DNA of 64,000 bases from Polaromonas sp. (GTDB lineage Bacteria; Pseudomonadota; Gammaproteobacteria; Burkholderiales; Burkholderiaceae_C), in assembly GCF_012927455.1 (NCBI RefSeq), contig NZ_JABBPE010000003.1:18970-82969 (forward strand). The letters are read 5' to 3'. Shown here piece after piece: positions 47,749 to 55,782 of this stretch (position 1 is the stretch's first letter; each line of letters opens with the position of its first letter). The notes under the pieces are model-generated. The model saw only the letters and a list, made by a program, of their open reading frames with translations, was not told the origin of the DNA and made no database searches. Both the position numbers and the translations under genes were made by a program.

Positions 47749-47751
47749 GGT

Positions 47752-48462
47752 TCACGCTCCAGCATCGCTTGGTTGCCATAGAGTGCCTTCGCCCTCGACG
47801 CGGCCCTGAAAATGCGTTTCCAGTCCCAGGTAAAACACCTGCGGCTGCGATCCCATTTCCGGCTTCAGCACCTTGACCTTGTTTTGCTCAAGCAACTGGC
47901 GAACCTGGCTGCCCGCAGCGTTGAGGTCGCCAAAGATGCGCGCCCCGCCCACGCAGCTTTCAACACAGGCCGGTAGCAGTCCGGCATCGATCCGGTGGGC
48001 GCAAAACGTGCACTTGTCCGCCTTTCCGGTGTCGTGGTTGATGAAGCGCGCGTCGTAGGGGCAGGCCTGCACGCAGTAGGCGCAGCCCACGCAGCGATCG
48101 CCGTCAACCACCACGATGCCGTCGGCGCGCTGGAAAGTCGCGCCGACCGGGCAGACCGGAATGCAGGGCGGCTCCTCGCAGTGGTTGCACAGGCGCGGCA
48201 GCATGTAGGTGCCGGTATGCGCGCCGTCATGCACTTCGTAGGTGGAAACGAGGGTGCGAAAACGGTTTTCCGGCACGGCGTTCTCCATGATGCAGGCCAG
48301 CGTACAGGCTTGGCAGCCAATGCACTTTTGCAGGTCAACCACCATGGCCCAGCGCTGTTTTCCATCACCTGCTACGGCTTGCGCAGCGATGGCGGGAACC
48401 ATCGCCGCGCCGGCGCTGATGGCTGGCAGCACGCGTAAGAAGTTGCGTCGTGAGTGAATCAA
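47752..48462 (-). CDS. ttrB: Tetrathionate reductase Fe-S subunit B
   Basis: Tat motif SRRNFL and four cysteine clusters (CIGCQACTLAC, CNHCEEPPCIPVCP, CVGCAYCVQACP, KCTFC...ACVESC). Confidence 0.92.
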   Translation of the reverse strand: MIHSRRNFLRVLPAISAGAAMVPAIAAQAVAGDGKQRWAMVVDLQKCIGCQACTLACIMENAVPENRFRTLVSTYEVHDGAHTGTYMLPRLCNHCEEPPCIPVCPVGATFQRADGIVVVDGDRCVGCAYCVQACPYDARFINHDTGKADKCTFCAHRIDAGLLPACVESCVGGARIFGDLNAAGSQVRQLLEQNKVKVLKPEMGSQPQVFYLGLETHFQGRVEGEGTLWQPSDAGA

Positions 48463-48521
48463 TTGAAGCCCCTGGTGCTGATCGCTTCGCCGCCACCCCT
48501 GCCATCAAGGCAGCTGTAATT

Positions 48522-48570
48522 GCTATTAATTCAATAGCTGCCTGCGCCCGTCCTGATTGGGCTAGAGCCT
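48522..48570 (+). repeat. GCTAT-N7-ATAGC repeat, copy 7 (between tsdA and ttrB)
   Basis: GCTAT-TAATTCA-ATAGC-TGCCTGCGCCCGTCCTGATTGGGCTAGAGCC. Confidence 0.85.
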
Positions 48571-48601
48571 TATTTGATACATAAATTCGGCTCAAACCCG
48601 G

Positions 48602-49690
48602 TCAATAACCCCAATAGGCCTTGGCTTTCGCCAGCGCATCGGTGATCGGCTGGAACGGCCCGTACTTGTGCTGCGCCAGCGGGAACATCGGCGCAAAGCG
48701 CGGGTCATCGCTGGCCAGCCCGAGTCCATCGACGCGCGGCATGGTGTAGTCATAGGCGGCGTCCGGGGCTTTTGAAAACCAGTTCGGCACACCGGTCGGG
48801 CTGGTGCCGGTCCAGTCATTGACAAACCTGGCGTCAAACGGGCGGTCTTTCGACAGGATGTAGGCCGTGACGTCCCAGGCATCCTGCGGCGACATCCGCG
48901 TGCTCGGGTCCAGGCTGTTGACCTTGTCGTACGGCATGTTGCCATTGACCAGCGTTACCGCCGTGGCCAGCCGTCCCATGCCCGCCATCAGGCCAAAGCT
49001 GTTGGCGCCCCACAGCGCCGGGTAGCGGTAGCGCTTCTCGTCGTCGCGCCACACGCCCTGGCCATCTTCCTGGTGGCAACTCTGGCAGCTGTCCTTGTAA
49101 ATGGTGGCGCCGCGCTGCGGATTGGCGGCGGTGGTCAGCAGGGGCAGCTTGGGAAATTCCTGGCCTGGCACCTGCTTGTAGGTGTAGCCCGCTTGCAGGC
49201 CGGTCGACAGAAAGCCGAAGTAGGCAACGATGTCCTGCATCGCCGGGCTGCCTGTGGGCAGCGCCTCGCCGGCCAGCGAGCGCTCGAAGCAGCCGTTGAT
49301 GCGCGCGGGCAGGTCACGTTTTATGTTCTCCCGCGCACTGAAGGCGCCGGGCGCCGCGTATTTGTAGGTACCCACTACCCAGGGTGAGGCGTTGGGACGC
49401 GTGCCATCGTCCAAGTGACAGTTGGCGCATGACAGACGGTTGCCGACGTAGGGCTTGCCATTGGCGGCGCGCTGGGTGCTCTCGGCGCCCAGGTACTTGT
49501 AAGTGCTGTGGATGAGTTCCTTGCCCCGAGTGGCTGACGCGTTCATCGTGGCCGGATCAGGCAGCTTGTACGACGGAGCGTAAAAGGCGTTGAAATCCCC
49601 GGGGTCGGTGCCGCTGCCCGCCAGCACTGGGCCGGACGCGGCCATGGACGCCGCCAGGACTGTTAACAGCAGATATTGACGTGTTTTCAT
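48602..49690 (-). CDS. tsdA: TsdA-like diheme cytochrome c, divergent paralogue
   Basis: GNRLSCANCH, catalytic-type RINGCFERSLAG, CQSCH, YPALWGANSF..AGM, NMPY. AAGGA RBS supports the start at 49690. Confidence 0.78.
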   Translation of the reverse strand: MKTRQYLLLTVLAASMAASGPVLAGSGTDPGDFNAFYAPSYKLPDPATMNASATRGKELIHSTYKYLGAESTQRAANGKPYVGNRLSCANCHLDDGTRPNASPWVVGTYKYAAPGAFSARENIKRDLPARINGCFERSLAGEALPTGSPAMQDIVAYFGFLSTGLQAGYTYKQVPGQEFPKLPLLTTAANPQRGATIYKDSCQSCHQEDGQGVWRDDEKRYRYPALWGANSFGLMAGMGRLATAVTLVNGNMPYDKVNSLDPSTRMSPQDAWDVTAYILSKDRPFDARFVNDWTGTSPTGVPNWFSKAPDAAYDYTMPRVDGLGLASDDPRFAPMFPLAQHKYGPFQPITDALAKAKAYWGY

Positions 49691-49828
49691 AACAAGGTTC
49701 CTTCTGAGAGACTGTTCGACTTTGCGAAAAGCGCTTGACAAATTGGCGCTGGCCAAGGGCCTGGGCCAGCCGGCCAGCGCGCCCCGTAAGACGCGATGGC
49801 CTGGCGGCCTGAAGCGCGCGCTACGGCG

Positions 49829-50860
49829 TCATTTGGCCGGAGACACGCCTTTTTCACGCGCTGCCTGAATCGGCTGCCACGGGCCATACTTGTGCTGCTC
49901 GGCCGAAAAGCCCGGCGTGTAGGGCGGGAACGCCGCATCGACCGGCTTGTTCTTGCGCGCCGGAAAATCCGCCACGGTATTGGCCTTGACCGGGCGCGGC
50001 TGGCTGTTGATGAAAGCGGCGACGTCGAAGGCCTGCTCATCGGTCAGCACCGCGTTCAGGTGCGTGATGCCGCTGGGCATGTTGCCCTTGATGAAGCCGG
50101 CGGCAAGCGTGATGCGTGCCATACCAGCGCCGTCGTTGTAGCTGTCGGCGCCCCAGAGCGGTGGAAATTGGTAGCCGTTGGCATCGCCGGCCTTGCCGCG
50201 CCGCACGCCCTGGCCGTTCTCGCCATGGCAGGCCACGCAGGTGCTTGCATAGACTTGCTTTCCAGCCACCGGGTCGGCTGCGCGTGCCAGCGCTTTAAGC
50301 TTGAGCGTGCCGCCGCCTTCCAGCTTGACGCCAACCGGCAGGCCGGTCGACAAGAAGTGCAGGTAGGACATGATCGCCTTCATCTCGGCACTGTCCAGCG
50401 GCAGTTTTTTGCCGTTCATGCTGCGTTCCATGCAGCCGTTGACGCGCTCCTCGGTGGTCGAAACCGCGTCTTCGCGGCCGCGGTACTGCGGAAAGCTGAC
50501 AAAGGTGCCGACCCAGGGGTTGCCGAACTTGCGCCCGCCCGCGTCCATGTGGCACGAGACACAGCCCAGGTTGTTGCCGGCGTAGCGCTTGCTCACGTCC
50601 TTCACCTCCGGGCCGATGTGCTTGTAGGTTTCTTCCATCAGGGCCTTGCCCTGGCGCACCGACTGGCCGTACTTGTCGTCGGGCAGTTTGCTGATGTCGG
50701 GCGCTTGCCAGTCTTTCTGGACTGGCGCGGCTGCGGCTGGTACAGCGGGTGTGGCGGCAGCCGCCGGTGCAGCAACAACGGCGGGGCTTTGCGCCAAGGC
50801 GTTCACCGTCAAGCCTGCGCCTACGGCCAATGCCATGATCAATCTGTGTGTGTGTTTCAT
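49829..50860 (-). CDS. tsdA: TsdA thiosulfate dehydrogenase / tetrathionate reductase (diheme cytochrome c)
   Basis: Signal peptide, GNNLGCVSCH, FPQYRGR, RVNGCMERSMNG, CVACH, PPLWGADSYNDGAGM, NMP. Confidence 0.88.
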   Translation of the reverse strand: MKHTHRLIMALAVGAGLTVNALAQSPAVVAAPAAAATPAVPAAAAPVQKDWQAPDISKLPDDKYGQSVRQGKALMEETYKHIGPEVKDVSKRYAGNNLGCVSCHMDAGGRKFGNPWVGTFVSFPQYRGREDAVSTTEERVNGCMERSMNGKKLPLDSAEMKAIMSYLHFLSTGLPVGVKLEGGGTLKLKALARAADPVAGKQVYASTCVACHGENGQGVRRGKAGDANGYQFPPLWGADSYNDGAGMARITLAAGFIKGNMPSGITHLNAVLTDEQAFDVAAFINSQPRPVKANTVADFPARKNKPVDAAFPPYTPGFSAEQHKYGPWQPIQAAREKGVSPAK

Positions 50861-51087
50861 TTCAAATTCCTGTTTGCTGCAAGTTAGGCCTGAGGGCTTA
50901 CATGCATCCTAGGAGCGAAGGGGTCTTGAAGCTATTGGATGTTTGCGGCGGTCGCCTATACAAAGTTGCCAATTTACACAGAGTGGAATTTGTGGCAGGC
51001 AGTAGCTAGCCATGCAGCTGCGCGCAGGCCTGCGCGCCACAAGACTGCTGAGCGGCTTCCCAGAAGTGGCTCTCCAGCAGAACTTTT

Positions 51088-51136
51088 GCTATGTTTTTCA
51101 TAGCTACTTACGCCCGTATTTATTGGGTTATAGCCA
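51088..51136 (+). repeat. GCTAT-N7-ATAGC repeat, copy 8
   Basis: GCTAT-GTTTTTC-ATAGC-TACTTACGCCCGTATTTATTGGGTTATAGCC. Confidence 0.85.
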
Positions 51137-51299
51137 TTTTTCTTGTAAAAACATGACTTATCGCCCCCCATTGCAAGCGGTCTTTGCAGTTCGTCCCTGT
51201 TTCCGGGCAAAAAGCGCGGCAGTTCTGCGCGCGCTGATTGAAGCCGAACGCCACGCTCCAGGCGTCAAACAAAACCCCCTGACCTCTTTCCGCCAATCC

Positions 51300-51313
51300 T
51301 TGATTTTGCGCAA
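51300..51313. promoter_or_regulatory. Possible FNR/CRP-family site in the tsdA-adh divergent region
   Basis: TTGAT-TTTG-CGCAA versus the FNR consensus TTGAT-N4-ATCAA (two mismatches in the right half). Confidence 0.3.
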
Positions 51314-51602
51314 ACCCGCCTGCACGGTCTGGTATGAGACTGTTGCATATTTAACAAGATCTACCAGGCTTTTGAAATAGGGCGAGCGGCAAAATCATTC
51401 TTGGCTTAGCCAGCTCCGCCAAATAGCCTAGACAGGCGCTTTCGCCGGGAACCCGGCCATCCATGCGCGACAAAAAAACAAGCATTAAAAATGCAGTGCT
51501 GCACGCAAGAACTTTCCGGTGACGCAGCCCAGGCAAGATCCATGAACAACCGATTCCCTCAACCCTGCTAATTAAAAGACCGGCCCTGAAAGGACCCTCG
51601 CC

Positions 51603-52640
51603 ATGAAAGCTCTCGTTTACAACGGCCCTGGAAAAAAAGCTCTGGAAGAAAGACCCAAGCCAACCATCAAGGACCCCACCGACGCCATCATCAAGGTGAG
51701 CAAGACGACGATTTGCGGCACCGACCTGCACATCCTCAAGGGCGATGTCGCCACCTGCAAGCCCGGGACCATTCTGGGGCACGAAGGGGTGGGGGTCGTT
51801 GACTCCGTCGGACCGGGCGTCACCGCGTTCAAGGCAGGTGATCGGGTTCTGATGTCCTGCATCAGCGCCTGCGGCCGCTGCGAATACTGCCGCAAGAGCA
51901 TGTACTCGCACTGCACGACCGGGGGCTGGATACTGGGCAACAGCATCGACGGCACGCAAGCCGAGTTCGTGCGCATTCCCTATGCCGACACCAGCCTGTA
52001 CCCAATTCCGAAGGGTGCCGATGAAGAGGCCCTTGTCATGCTCAGCGACATCTTGCCGACCGGCTTTGAGTGTGGCGTGCTGAACGGCAAGGTTCAACCT
52101 GGCTCCAGCGTCGCCATCGTCGGCTCCGGCCCCATCGGGCTGGCGGCCCTGCTCACGGCACAGCTCTATTCGCCGGCCGAAATCATCATGATCGATCTGG
52201 ACGACAACCGCTTGGCCGTGGCCAAACGCTTTGGTGCAACCGCCACCGTGAACAGCGCCGATGGTAAAGCGGCGGCGAAGGTGCTGAAAATGACGGGCGG
52301 GCGCGGTGTGGACACGGCCATCGAGGCGGTGGGCATTCCCGCCACCTTCGAGCTTTGTACTGACATCGTGGCGCCGGGCGGCACCGTTGCAAATGTCGGT
52401 GTGCACGGCGTGAAGGTCGATCTGCATCTGGAAAAGCTGTGGTCGCACAACGTGACCATCACCACGCGGCTGGTCGATACGGTGTCCACGCCCATGCTGC
52501 TCAAAACCGTGCAGTCCAAACGCATCGACGCCAGCCAGCTGATCACGCATCGCTTCAAACTCGACCAGATACTTGACGCCTACGAGACCTTCGGCAAGGC
52601 CGCTGACACCAAGGCGCTGAAAGTGATTATTGAGGCGTGA
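51603..52640 (+). CDS. Zinc-dependent alcohol dehydrogenase (MDR family)
   Basis: ICGTDLH, GHEGVG, CGRCEYCRKSMYSHC, GSGPIG. AAGGA RBS. Confidence 0.92.
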   Translation: MKALVYNGPGKKALEERPKPTIKDPTDAIIKVSKTTICGTDLHILKGDVATCKPGTILGHEGVGVVDSVGPGVTAFKAGDRVLMSCISACGRCEYCRKSMYSHCTTGGWILGNSIDGTQAEFVRIPYADTSLYPIPKGADEEALVMLSDILPTGFECGVLNGKVQPGSSVAIVGSGPIGLAALLTAQLYSPAEIIMIDLDDNRLAVAKRFGATATVNSADGKAAAKVLKMTGGRGVDTAIEAVGIPATFELCTDIVAPGGTVANVGVHGVKVDLHLEKLWSHNVTITTRLVDTVSTPMLLKTVQSKRIDASQLITHRFKLDQILDAYETFGKAADTKALKVIIEA

Positions 52641-52721
52641 GAACCAGGGGCCGGTGACCTGCTTGCTGCGGGCACCACCCGCAGCCGGCGGCTCGCCTGG
52701 ATGGACGGCAGCAGTCAATAT

Positions 52722-52769
52722 GCTATGTTTTTTATAGCAATTTGCGCACGTAAGCCCTGGGCTACCGGC
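52722..52769 (+). repeat. GCTAT-N7-ATAGC repeat, copy 9
   Basis: GCTAT-GTTTTTT-ATAGC-AATTTGCGCACGTAAGCCCTGGGCTACCGGC. Confidence 0.85.
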
Positions 52770-52826
52770 TTGAAACACCTCTACTCAAGGGTTTACTCTC
52801 AGTCTCGAAACCAATGTCCCGGGAAG

Positions 52827-52856
52827 CTCGGGTTAGCGCGGCGTAACCCGACCTAC
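52827..52856 (-). repeat. GTAG-type REP-like hairpin
   Basis: Minus strand reads GTAGGTCGGGTTA-CGCCGCGC-TAACCCGAG: a GTAG tetranucleotide followed by an imperfect palindrome. Confidence 0.55.
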
Positions 52857-52896
52857 ATGTGAAGAGCAACGAGTGGCGACGTTCGTTGTATAAATA

Positions 52897-52944
52897 AGCC
52901 GCAGCGCGCTAATTACGTGCGTTAGCAGCTATTTATTTAATAGC
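52897..52944 (-). repeat. GCTAT-N7-ATAGC repeat, copy 10
   Basis: Reverse complement GCTAT-TAAATAA-ATAGC-TGCTAACGCACGTAATTAGCGCGCTGCGGC. Confidence 0.8.
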
Positions 52945-52996
52945 AAATGCAATGCCAAAAAACTGATTTCTTCGACGAAGAACATGAAGCAAGCCG

Positions 52997-55771
52997 ATGA
53001 CAGTCCATAAGACCCCTGCACCGGTCAGCCACAGCGATTCGGACGCCGCGCCGCATGCGCTGACGATCGACGCGCTGGCCGCGCAGCATGATGTTCAACT
53101 GGAACTTGGTCTGTCAGCAGAGCAACTTGGACAGCGCAAGAAAAAATACGGGCCCAATCGGCTGCCCGAAGCCCCGCCGCGTTCTGCCTGGCGAGTGTTT
53201 TTCGCGCAGTTCAAAAGTATTTTGATCATGATTTTGATCGGTGCGGCGACGCTTGCCGCGCTGATCGGCAACACCAAGGATGCACTTGTCATTGTGGCTG
53301 TCGTCCTGATCAATGCCACCGTCGGCTTTTACCAGGAATACCGCGCTGAACAAAGTCTGGCGGCCCTCAAGGGCATGTTGCCGGTGCGGGCACGCGTGCG
53401 CCGGGAAGGCAAAAAAATTGAAGTCCCGGCTGAGGATCTGGTGCCTGGGGATGTGGTGCTGCTGGAGGCGGGCGACCCGGTGCCGGCTGACGGCAGATTG
53501 CTTCTTGCGGCGGGGCTGGAAGTAGACGAGTCAGCCTTGACGGGCGAGTCGCTGCCGGTCGGCAAGCAGCTTGACGCGCTTCAAGCGCCGGACGTTCCCC
53601 TGGCCGAGCGCACCAACATGCTCTACATGAACACCCTGCTCACGCGCGGCCGGGCCGAGATCATCGTCACGGCAACAGGTGCCCACACGGAGATGGGACA
53701 GTTGTCGCAGGAACTCGCTGCAACGACTGAAGTGCCCACGCCGCTGCAACTCCAACTCGACCAGTTGGGCAAGCGCCTGGGCGCGATTGCCCTAACGCTG
53801 GTAGCCCTGCTGTCCGGCCTGGCGCTCTGGCGCGGCGACGGCCTGGCGCATATTGCGCTGGACGCGATTGCGCTGGCCGTCGCCGCCATGCCCGAAGGTC
53901 TGCCGGTGGTGGTGACGGTGACACTCGCGCTAGGCATGCGCAACATGGCGCGCCACCAGGCCATTGTCAAGCGCCTGGCTAGTGTTGAAACACTGGGATG
54001 CACGACCGTCATCTGCTCTGACAAGACCGGAACGCTGACGCTTAACCAGATGACGGCGCGCGCTTTCTTTTATCAAGGCGCACGCTTTGACGTCTCTGGC
54101 GAGGGGTATGCGACGGATGGAGAAATCAGTGCGGCCGGCGCGGTGGACGCGGCTTCAGCCCTTCCCGATCTGCATGCGCTGTTGCTGCCGCTGGTCGCCT
54201 GCAACGACAGCCGGGTTGACAATGGAAAAGTCATCGGTGACCCGATGGAGGGGGCATTGCTGGTGCTGGCGCACAAAGGCGGCCTCAATCCCGCGCAGGT
54301 CGCCGAAACACTGCCGCGCCTGGCGGAAATTCCGTTCGATGCGGTCCACAAGTTCATGGCCACTTTTCACCGTGAAGACGGCCAGGTGCGGATGTTCGTC
54401 AAAGGTGCGCCTGACGTGTTGCTGGCGCTTTGCACGCAGGTGCTCAATGCAAATACACAAGGTGCGGAAGGTGCGGAAGTTGCGGGGGGTCCGCTCGACG
54501 TTGCTGCACGCCAGCTCATAGAGGCGCACTACACGGAACTCGGCAACCAGGGCCTGCGCGGGCTGCTGGTCGCCTCGCGGAGCATTTCTGACAGCGCGTT
54601 TGACGCATCAGGCGATCTCGCTGCATGGGTCCGCGACCTCAGCTTCGTCGGCTTGATCGGGCTGATGGACCCACCCCGCGCCGAGGCCAAGGTAGCCATC
54701 GCCGAATGCCGGGCGGCGGGCGTTACCGTCAAGATGATCACCGGTGACCACCAGCTAACCGCATCAGCCATCGCGGCTGAACTTGGGCTCAAGGGCAAAG
54801 CCATGACGGGCGCAGAGCTTGACCGAATGAATGCGGAACAGCTGGCCGCCGCCATAGACAATGTCGCCGTTTTCGCCCGCGTGACCCCCACTAACAAGGT
54901 CAAGATCGTGCGCGCGCTGCAGAAAAAGGGCCATGTAGTGGCCATGACCGGCGACGGCGTGAATGACGCACCGGCTTTAAAAAGCGCCGACATTGGCGTT
55001 GCCATGGGCAGCGGCACGGCGGTTGCAAAGGCCGCCGCCACTGTGGTCCTGCTTGATGACAACTTCGCGACGCTGGTCAGCGCGGTACGGCAGGGGCGCA
55101 CACTCTACGACAACATCGTGAAGTTCGTGCGCTTCCAGTTGTCCACCACCATAGGCGCCATCCTGTCCGTATTCCTTGCGCCGCTGCTGGGCCTGCCCGA
55201 ACCCTTTACAGCGGTGCAAATTCTGTGGGTCGCGATCATCATGGACGGACCGCCCGCTGTGTCGCTCGCGCTCGACGCCGCGCGCCCGGGCATCATGCAC
55301 GAGCCGCCGCGCAGCCGGTCCACGCCGCTGCTCACCCTCAACCGCCTGGGCAAGGTCATTGCCTACGGCGTCACCATGACGGTGGGAACGCTGGCGGTGC
55401 TGTACTTCTGCCTGCAGGCCGGCATGGCCCAGCAGGCCCCAACCCTGGCGTTCACTACCTTCGTGCTGTTCCAGTTTTTCAACGTGTTCAACGCACGCGT
55501 CGAACGCGGCACGGCATTCAACCGGCAGTTCTTCAAAAACGCGATGCTCTGGGCTTCGCTGGCCGGCGTGATCGGCCTGCAGGTTGTTGCCGTGCATTGG
55601 CCGCCTGCCCAGTCCATTTTTGGAACCTGGCCCCTGTCCCTCGGTGAATGGGGCATCGCCACCGGCGTAGCGGCCACCATCTTGCTGCTGGAAGAAGCGC
55701 GCAAGCTGACGGTGGCTTTGTTTGAACGCCTGCGTTCAGGAACGAAGAAGCCTGGACCCCGCACACAGTAG
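52997..55771 (+). CDS. Cation-translocating P-type ATPase (type IIA, Ca2+-like)
   Basis: TGES, M4 PEGL, CSDKTGTLT, KGAPD, MITGD, GDGVNDAPAL. Confidence 0.92.
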   Translation: MTVHKTPAPVSHSDSDAAPHALTIDALAAQHDVQLELGLSAEQLGQRKKKYGPNRLPEAPPRSAWRVFFAQFKSILIMILIGAATLAALIGNTKDALVIVAVVLINATVGFYQEYRAEQSLAALKGMLPVRARVRREGKKIEVPAEDLVPGDVVLLEAGDPVPADGRLLLAAGLEVDESALTGESLPVGKQLDALQAPDVPLAERTNMLYMNTLLTRGRAEIIVTATGAHTEMGQLSQELAATTEVPTPLQLQLDQLGKRLGAIALTLVALLSGLALWRGDGLAHIALDAIALAVAAMPEGLPVVVTVTLALGMRNMARHQAIVKRLASVETLGCTTVICSDKTGTLTLNQMTARAFFYQGARFDVSGEGYATDGEISAAGAVDAASALPDLHALLLPLVACNDSRVDNGKVIGDPMEGALLVLAHKGGLNPAQVAETLPRLAEIPFDAVHKFMATFHREDGQVRMFVKGAPDVLLALCTQVLNANTQGAEGAEVAGGPLDVAARQLIEAHYTELGNQGLRGLLVASRSISDSAFDASGDLAAWVRDLSFVGLIGLMDPPRAEAKVAIAECRAAGVTVKMITGDHQLTASAIAAELGLKGKAMTGAELDRMNAEQLAAAIDNVAVFARVTPTNKVKIVRALQKKGHVVAMTGDGVNDAPALKSADIGVAMGSGTAVAKAAATVVLLDDNFATLVSAVRQGRTLYDNIVKFVRFQLSTTIGAILSVFLAPLLGLPEPFTAVQILWVAIIMDGPPAVSLALDAARPGIMHEPPRSRSTPLLTLNRLGKVIAYGVTMTVGTLAVLYFCLQAGMAQQAPTLAFTTFVLFQFFNVFNARVERGTAFNRQFFKNAMLWASLAGVIGLQVVAVHWPPAQSIFGTWPLSLGEWGIATGVAATILLLEEARKLTVALFERLRSGTKKPGPRTQ

Positions 55772-55782
55772 GAGGACGCACC

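Noticed and set aside
51351-52778. 475-aa minus-strand ORF opposite adh; likewise 55957-57351 opposite DASS
   Set aside because: Antisense overlap with motif-rich genes and no independent domain signal.
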